A stretch of DNA of 64,000 nucleotides from Cyanobacteria bacterium J06626_4 (GTDB lineage: Bacteria; Cyanobacteriota; Cyanobacteriia; Phormidesmidales; Phormidesmidaceae): positions 32,001 through 96,000 of the forward strand of contig JBCBJQ010000005.1 in the NCBI GenBank assembly GCA_038523235.1, written 5' to 3'. Of the stretch, positions 60,238 to 64,000 are shown piece by piece. The notes beneath the pieces are model-generated. The model was not told the DNA's origin. It saw nothing but the letters and a program-made list of their open reading frames with translations, and did not search any database. Numbering within the stretch: the first letter of the stretch is position 1; each line of letters starts with the position of its first letter. The position numbers and the translations under genes are program-made.

Positions 60238-61263
60238 TCAATACCGAATCCGCGGATCGACATAGGCATTGAGCAGATCGATCGCGATGCTGACCAGCGC
60301 CACAATCATGGCAAAAAAGACCATGAGGCCCTGCACCACGGGATAATCGCGCTGGGTGATCGCTTCATAAAGGCGATTGGCTAACCCCGGCCAAGAGAAG
60401 GTCACCTCAGTCAAGACTGCGCCCCCTAATAGCGAAGCAAAGGTCAGTCCGAGCACCGTGACTACTGGAATCAAGGCATTTTTGAGGGCATGGGCCGTCA
60501 CGATCCGCCATTCGGGAATGCCCCGCGCCCGCGCCGCTTCAACATAGTCAGCTCGCAGCGTTTGCTTAAGATTGACCCGCACAATGCGTTCAAAGACACC
60601 GCTGATCAAAATGCCGAGCGTCAAGCTGGGCAGGGCTAAATGGTACAGGGTAGTGACAAATAGATCAGGCCGCCCCATGAGCACACTATCCAGCAGGTAA
60701 AGGCCAGTAGGCCCAGCCGGTGGAGTGCCACTCAGAGGAAATCGCGTGCCAATGGGAAACCACCGCAGTTGCACCGCAAACAAGAGTTGCAAAAGCATGC
60801 CAAACCAATACATCGGCACGGCATAGGTAATGATGCCAAACAGCCGTCCCCCGGCGTCGAGCGGCGAGTTAGGTTTAGCGGCGGCGATCGCCCCCACCGT
60901 CAATCCGACGCTGGCCGCCACCAACATGCCACAGAGCGTCAGCTCCACAGTGGCCGGAAAATGGTCGCCAATAATTTCCCAAACGGTTTGGCCTTGACTC
61001 GCCACTGAAGTGCCTAAATCCAATGAGAACAAGTCTCTGAGGTATCGCAGATACTGCACAATTAATGGCGCATCCAGCCCCAACTGCTGCCGCAGCGAAT
61101 CTTTTACTGCTTCAGGGGCACGGGGGCCGAGGAGCGCATCAATCGGATCACCCGGTGTTGCCCGCAACAGTAAAAAGACGACCGTGGTGATGGTCCAGAT
61201 CATCAGCGGAGCCAGCAACAGTCGAGTGATGATGTAATAGCGCAGGGCGCTAGAGCGAGCCAT
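60238..61263 (-). CDS. peptide/nickel ABC transporter permease (DppB/OppB type)
   Basis: PGDP, LGLDAPL, EAARARG, HALKNALIP and RDYPVVQG. Confidence 0.93.
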   Translation of the reverse strand: MARSSALRYYIITRLLLAPLMIWTITTVVFLLLRATPGDPIDALLGPRAPEAVKDSLRQQLGLDAPLIVQYLRYLRDLFSLDLGTSVASQGQTVWEIIGDHFPATVELTLCGMLVAASVGLTVGAIAAAKPNSPLDAGGRLFGIITYAVPMYWFGMLLQLLFAVQLRWFPIGTRFPLSGTPPAGPTGLYLLDSVLMGRPDLFVTTLYHLALPSLTLGILISGVFERIVRVNLKQTLRADYVEAARARGIPEWRIVTAHALKNALIPVVTVLGLTFASLLGGAVLTEVTFSWPGLANRLYEAITQRDYPVVQGLMVFFAMIVALVSIAIDLLNAYVDPRIRY

Positions 61264-61388
61264 ACAAACTGTCCTAGATCGACCGAACCACGGAAATAAC
61301 CATACGCTAAAAGGGTGGCCTCATGACTGGCAAAACGCTAGCATCTCCGGCTGACGGTCATCCTCATCCCATCAACGCAGCGCTAGCT

Positions 61389-62093
61389 TCACAGCAGCAC
61401 GGGTTGGTCTGTGAGCTGAGCTGTATCGATCGCTTGCAGCTGGGAGTAGGCCGCTTTCACCAGGCGTTGCCCCCGCAAAAAGCCCGTATTGGCGGCTGGG
61501 CAAGCGTAGGACAGGGTGTCAGCGGTAAACCGAGTTTGTAAGCGCTCGACCTGGCGCAGCTGGCGGGGCCAGTGAAAGGTTTTAGAAAAGCGTAGGGGTT
61601 GCAGTTGCCCATCGCGGTTGGGCAGCAAATGTCTGCCGGTAAATAAAACCCCGCCGTGTTGCGCCAGATACACGCAGGCGGAGCCCGGCGAATACCCTGG
61701 CGTCCACAAAATTTCGCCGTAGTTGCCCAAGGCATAGTGATCTTGGTAAGTCACGAGCTGAGGCAAATCGGGCAACAGATACGCTTCTTGCTCTTGCACC
61801 AGCACGTCACACTGCCAGGCTGCCTGCAGTGACTTCGCCGCGCCGCTCGCCCCCCGATGGGTGATGGCCCAATGACGCACACCGCCGCGATCGGCGATGA
61901 ACTGCAGCAGCGCTGGCTCATCTGCCGGGGCATCGATCAGCAGATTCGCCGGGCTACCGGTCGAATCCTTCTCTACAATGAAGTATGCGGTGCCGCCCAT
62001 CGTGGCTCGATTAGGGGGAAAGGCAAAGACACCGTCGAGAATTGGGTGAGGTTGTTTGGTAGACACGGCGGCGGCTGGGTGCTCACGATGCAA
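61389..62093 (-). CDS. MBL-fold protein with a degenerate metal site
   Basis: FPPNRATMGGTAY, ITHRG, WTPGYSPGS and LFTGRHL. Confidence 0.8.
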   Translation of the reverse strand: MHREHPAAAVSTKQPHPILDGVFAFPPNRATMGGTAYFIVEKDSTGSPANLLIDAPADEPALLQFIADRGGVRHWAITHRGASGAAKSLQAAWQCDVLVQEQEAYLLPDLPQLVTYQDHYALGNYGEILWTPGYSPGSACVYLAQHGGVLFTGRHLLPNRDGQLQPLRFSKTFHWPRQLRQVERLQTRFTADTLSYACPAANTGFLRGQRLVKAAYSQLQAIDTAQLTDQPVLL

Positions 62094-62314
62094 GACTAAG
62101 CTCGGGAAAAGAAAATCGGCTTTCCGTAGCGTATTCTCTTGAACAGCTGTCTAGCCTATCATGGGCTCTAGGTTATGCTTGGGTCGGCCAGCATAGCCCT
62201 TGGCACAATGGACAAAGGGACAACAGTTTTGATCAGGGTATCTCTGCAAGCCGTCACACCGCTAAGGGCCAAAAGTGGCTTGCCTGTCGTTAGACGAGCA
62301 GGACTGTAATCAAC

Positions 62315-63790
62315 ATGCTGATTTTATTGCTTCTGCTCAGCGTCTTTACCTACTACGTGGTGAAACGCAGCGTGGCGGGTCTCACCCGGACGCCCACCTG
62401 GATGCTGTGGCTGGTCATGATGATTCCCGCGTTTGTGCTGGCCTTTTGGAGCGTCAGCGATCGCGCGGATGAGCCTTTTCCGGTCGGTATTTTACTGGGG
62501 CTGTTCATTCTCTGTCCGGTGCTGTATTGGACGCTGATTCAATGGGGCCGCATTCCCCCCAAGGCCGGTCAGGCGAGCGTCAATACCCCAGCCGCTGCCG
62601 CGGCCGCCCTCAAAGCAGCCGCCGCAAAAGCTACTCTGCCACCCCTCGATAAAGAAGAAGAAGCCACGATTCAGCACTGTTTTCCCTGGTCGGTTTACTA
62701 CCTGCAAAATATTGAGTACCGGGCTCAAGCCCTGATCTGCAAAGGCCAACTGCGCTCCTCTCCCACCGTGGCCTATGACACCGTGCGGGAAAATATCGAA
62801 GCCAACTTTGGCAAACGCTTTTTAGTCATTTTTCAAGAGGGCCAGCAGGGTAAGCCGTTTTTTGCCCTCGTGCCCAACCCAGAACGCAAAACAGCTGACT
62901 CCCCCGCGCGGCCCGAAAAACTCACACGTCCGGTGATTGCGCTGGGGCTGTTTGTCGCTACGCTCTTCACCACGACGATGGTCGGGGCTTTTATCGCCGG
63001 GGTTACCGAAGAATCCCTGCAGGCTGACCCCAACCTCTTTCTCCAGGGATTGCCCTACGCGATGTCGCTGATGGTCATTTTGGGCCTGCATGAGTTTGGC
63101 CATTATTGGATGGCACGGCGCTACAAGATGAAGGCGACGCTGCCTTACTTTATTCCTATCCCGTTTTTCTTAGGCACCTTTGGGGCGTTTATTCAGCTGC
63201 GATCGCCTGTGCCCAACCGCCGCGCCCTGTTCGATGTCGGGATTGCCGGGCCGCTGTCAGGGCTAGTCATAGCGCTACCGCTGCTGATTTGGGGCTTGGC
63301 CCATTCCGAAGTGGTCACCATGCCAGAGAATGCCAGCCTCTTGAACTTTGAAGCTCTAGATCCGGGTGCTTCCATCGCGCTGGCCTTGCTCAGCAAGCTT
63401 GCTCTCGGCAGTCAAGTCGGCATGGAGAGTGCCATTCACCTGCATCCGGTGGCCGTTTCCGGCTGCTTGGGGTTAGTCGTCACGGCTCTCAATCTGATTC
63501 CGGTGGGTCAGTTAGATGGCGGCCATATCGTGCACGCCATGTATGGGCAGCGCAACGGCGCGATTATTGGTCAGGTCTGTCGGTTTTTGGTCTTAGGGCT
63601 GACGCTGGTGCACAGTGAACTGCTGATTTGGGCGGTTTTGCTATTCTTTATACCAGCCATTGATGAACCGGCCCTTAATGATGTGAGCGAACTCGATGAG
63701 AAACGCGATCTGTGGGGACTGTTTGCGCTCACGATTTTAGTGCTGATTGTATTGCCCACCCCAGAACCGCTGAAAGCGCTTTTGTTCTAG
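62315..63790 (+). CDS. site-2 protease (M50) family membrane metalloprotease
   Basis: LHEFGH, GTFGAFI, IAGPL and NLIPVGQLDGGH. Confidence 0.93.
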   Translation: MLILLLLLSVFTYYVVKRSVAGLTRTPTWMLWLVMMIPAFVLAFWSVSDRADEPFPVGILLGLFILCPVLYWTLIQWGRIPPKAGQASVNTPAAAAAALKAAAAKATLPPLDKEEEATIQHCFPWSVYYLQNIEYRAQALICKGQLRSSPTVAYDTVRENIEANFGKRFLVIFQEGQQGKPFFALVPNPERKTADSPARPEKLTRPVIALGLFVATLFTTTMVGAFIAGVTEESLQADPNLFLQGLPYAMSLMVILGLHEFGHYWMARRYKMKATLPYFIPIPFFLGTFGAFIQLRSPVPNRRALFDVGIAGPLSGLVIALPLLIWGLAHSEVVTMPENASLLNFEALDPGASIALALLSKLALGSQVGMESAIHLHPVAVSGCLGLVVTALNLIPVGQLDGGHIVHAMYGQRNGAIIGQVCRFLVLGLTLVHSELLIWAVLLFFIPAIDEPALNDVSELDEKRDLWGLFALTILVLIVLPTPEPLKALLF

Positions 63791-63844
63791 GATGAAGCAT
63801 CCCCAGGCGAGTCGGGCTGGCTATGTTTGCCCCGGAGAAGCATC

Positions 63845-64000
63845 ATGACTCAGGAAATTACCCGCTGGCTAACCGAAATTCGCACGCTACAGCAACAGCT
63901 TGAGGCCGCTCGTCAGGAACGCGACCAGGCTTATCAGAGTGCGGCCAACTGGCGACAGCTATATGATGCCGAGGCCAAACAGCGGCGGGCCGAAGTTGAA
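63845..64000 (+). CDS. coiled-coil hypothetical protein, truncated by the window end
   Basis: reads MTQEITRWLTEIRTLQQQLEAARQERDQAYQSAANWRQLYDAEAKQRRAEVE with no stop. Confidence 0.7.
   Translation, partial: MTQEITRWLTEIRTLQQQLEAARQERDQAYQSAANWRQLYDAEAKQRRAEVE

Larger units (their letters stand above)
1..64000. repeat. dispersed HIP1 octamer GCGATCGC
   Basis: many copies in coding and intergenic DNA, e.g. 47-54, 1294-1301, 18620-18627 and 45483-45490. Confidence 0.95.

Overview
A 64-kb chromosomal window from a moderately GC-rich cyanobacterium, probably a filamentous Leptolyngbya/Nodosilinea/Halomicronema-like lineage. The assignment is inferred from the very frequent HIP1 octamer GCGATCGC and from the genes ado/aar, rpaB, cyAbrB and rbp-rpsU. 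Core genes include a PGM/PMM, cyAbrB, an Rrf2 regulator, cobD, pyrR, the alkane cluster ado-aar-accA-SDR-folE, rbp-rpsU, a ClC channel, TldD/PmbA and rpaB-plsX-fabH. The accessory centre (about 19.7-43.9 kb) looks like a cell-surface locus. It holds a polysaccharide deacetylase fusion, an ATPase-less PilB/GspE-like protein, a 2OG-Fe(II) oxygenase and two tandem giant acidic cadherin/CSPG-repeat proteins (about 2220 and 3800 aa) that share a duplicated ~1.7-kb C-terminal cassette. Non-coding highlights are a probable RpaB-controlled sRNA (PsrR1-like) between accA and the SDR gene, long palindromes centred on HIP1, the rbp cold-regulation boxes and a 2-kb structured gene-free region. I found no CRISPR array, transposase, tRNA or rRNA. 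All calls come from reading motifs by eye; no database search was run.
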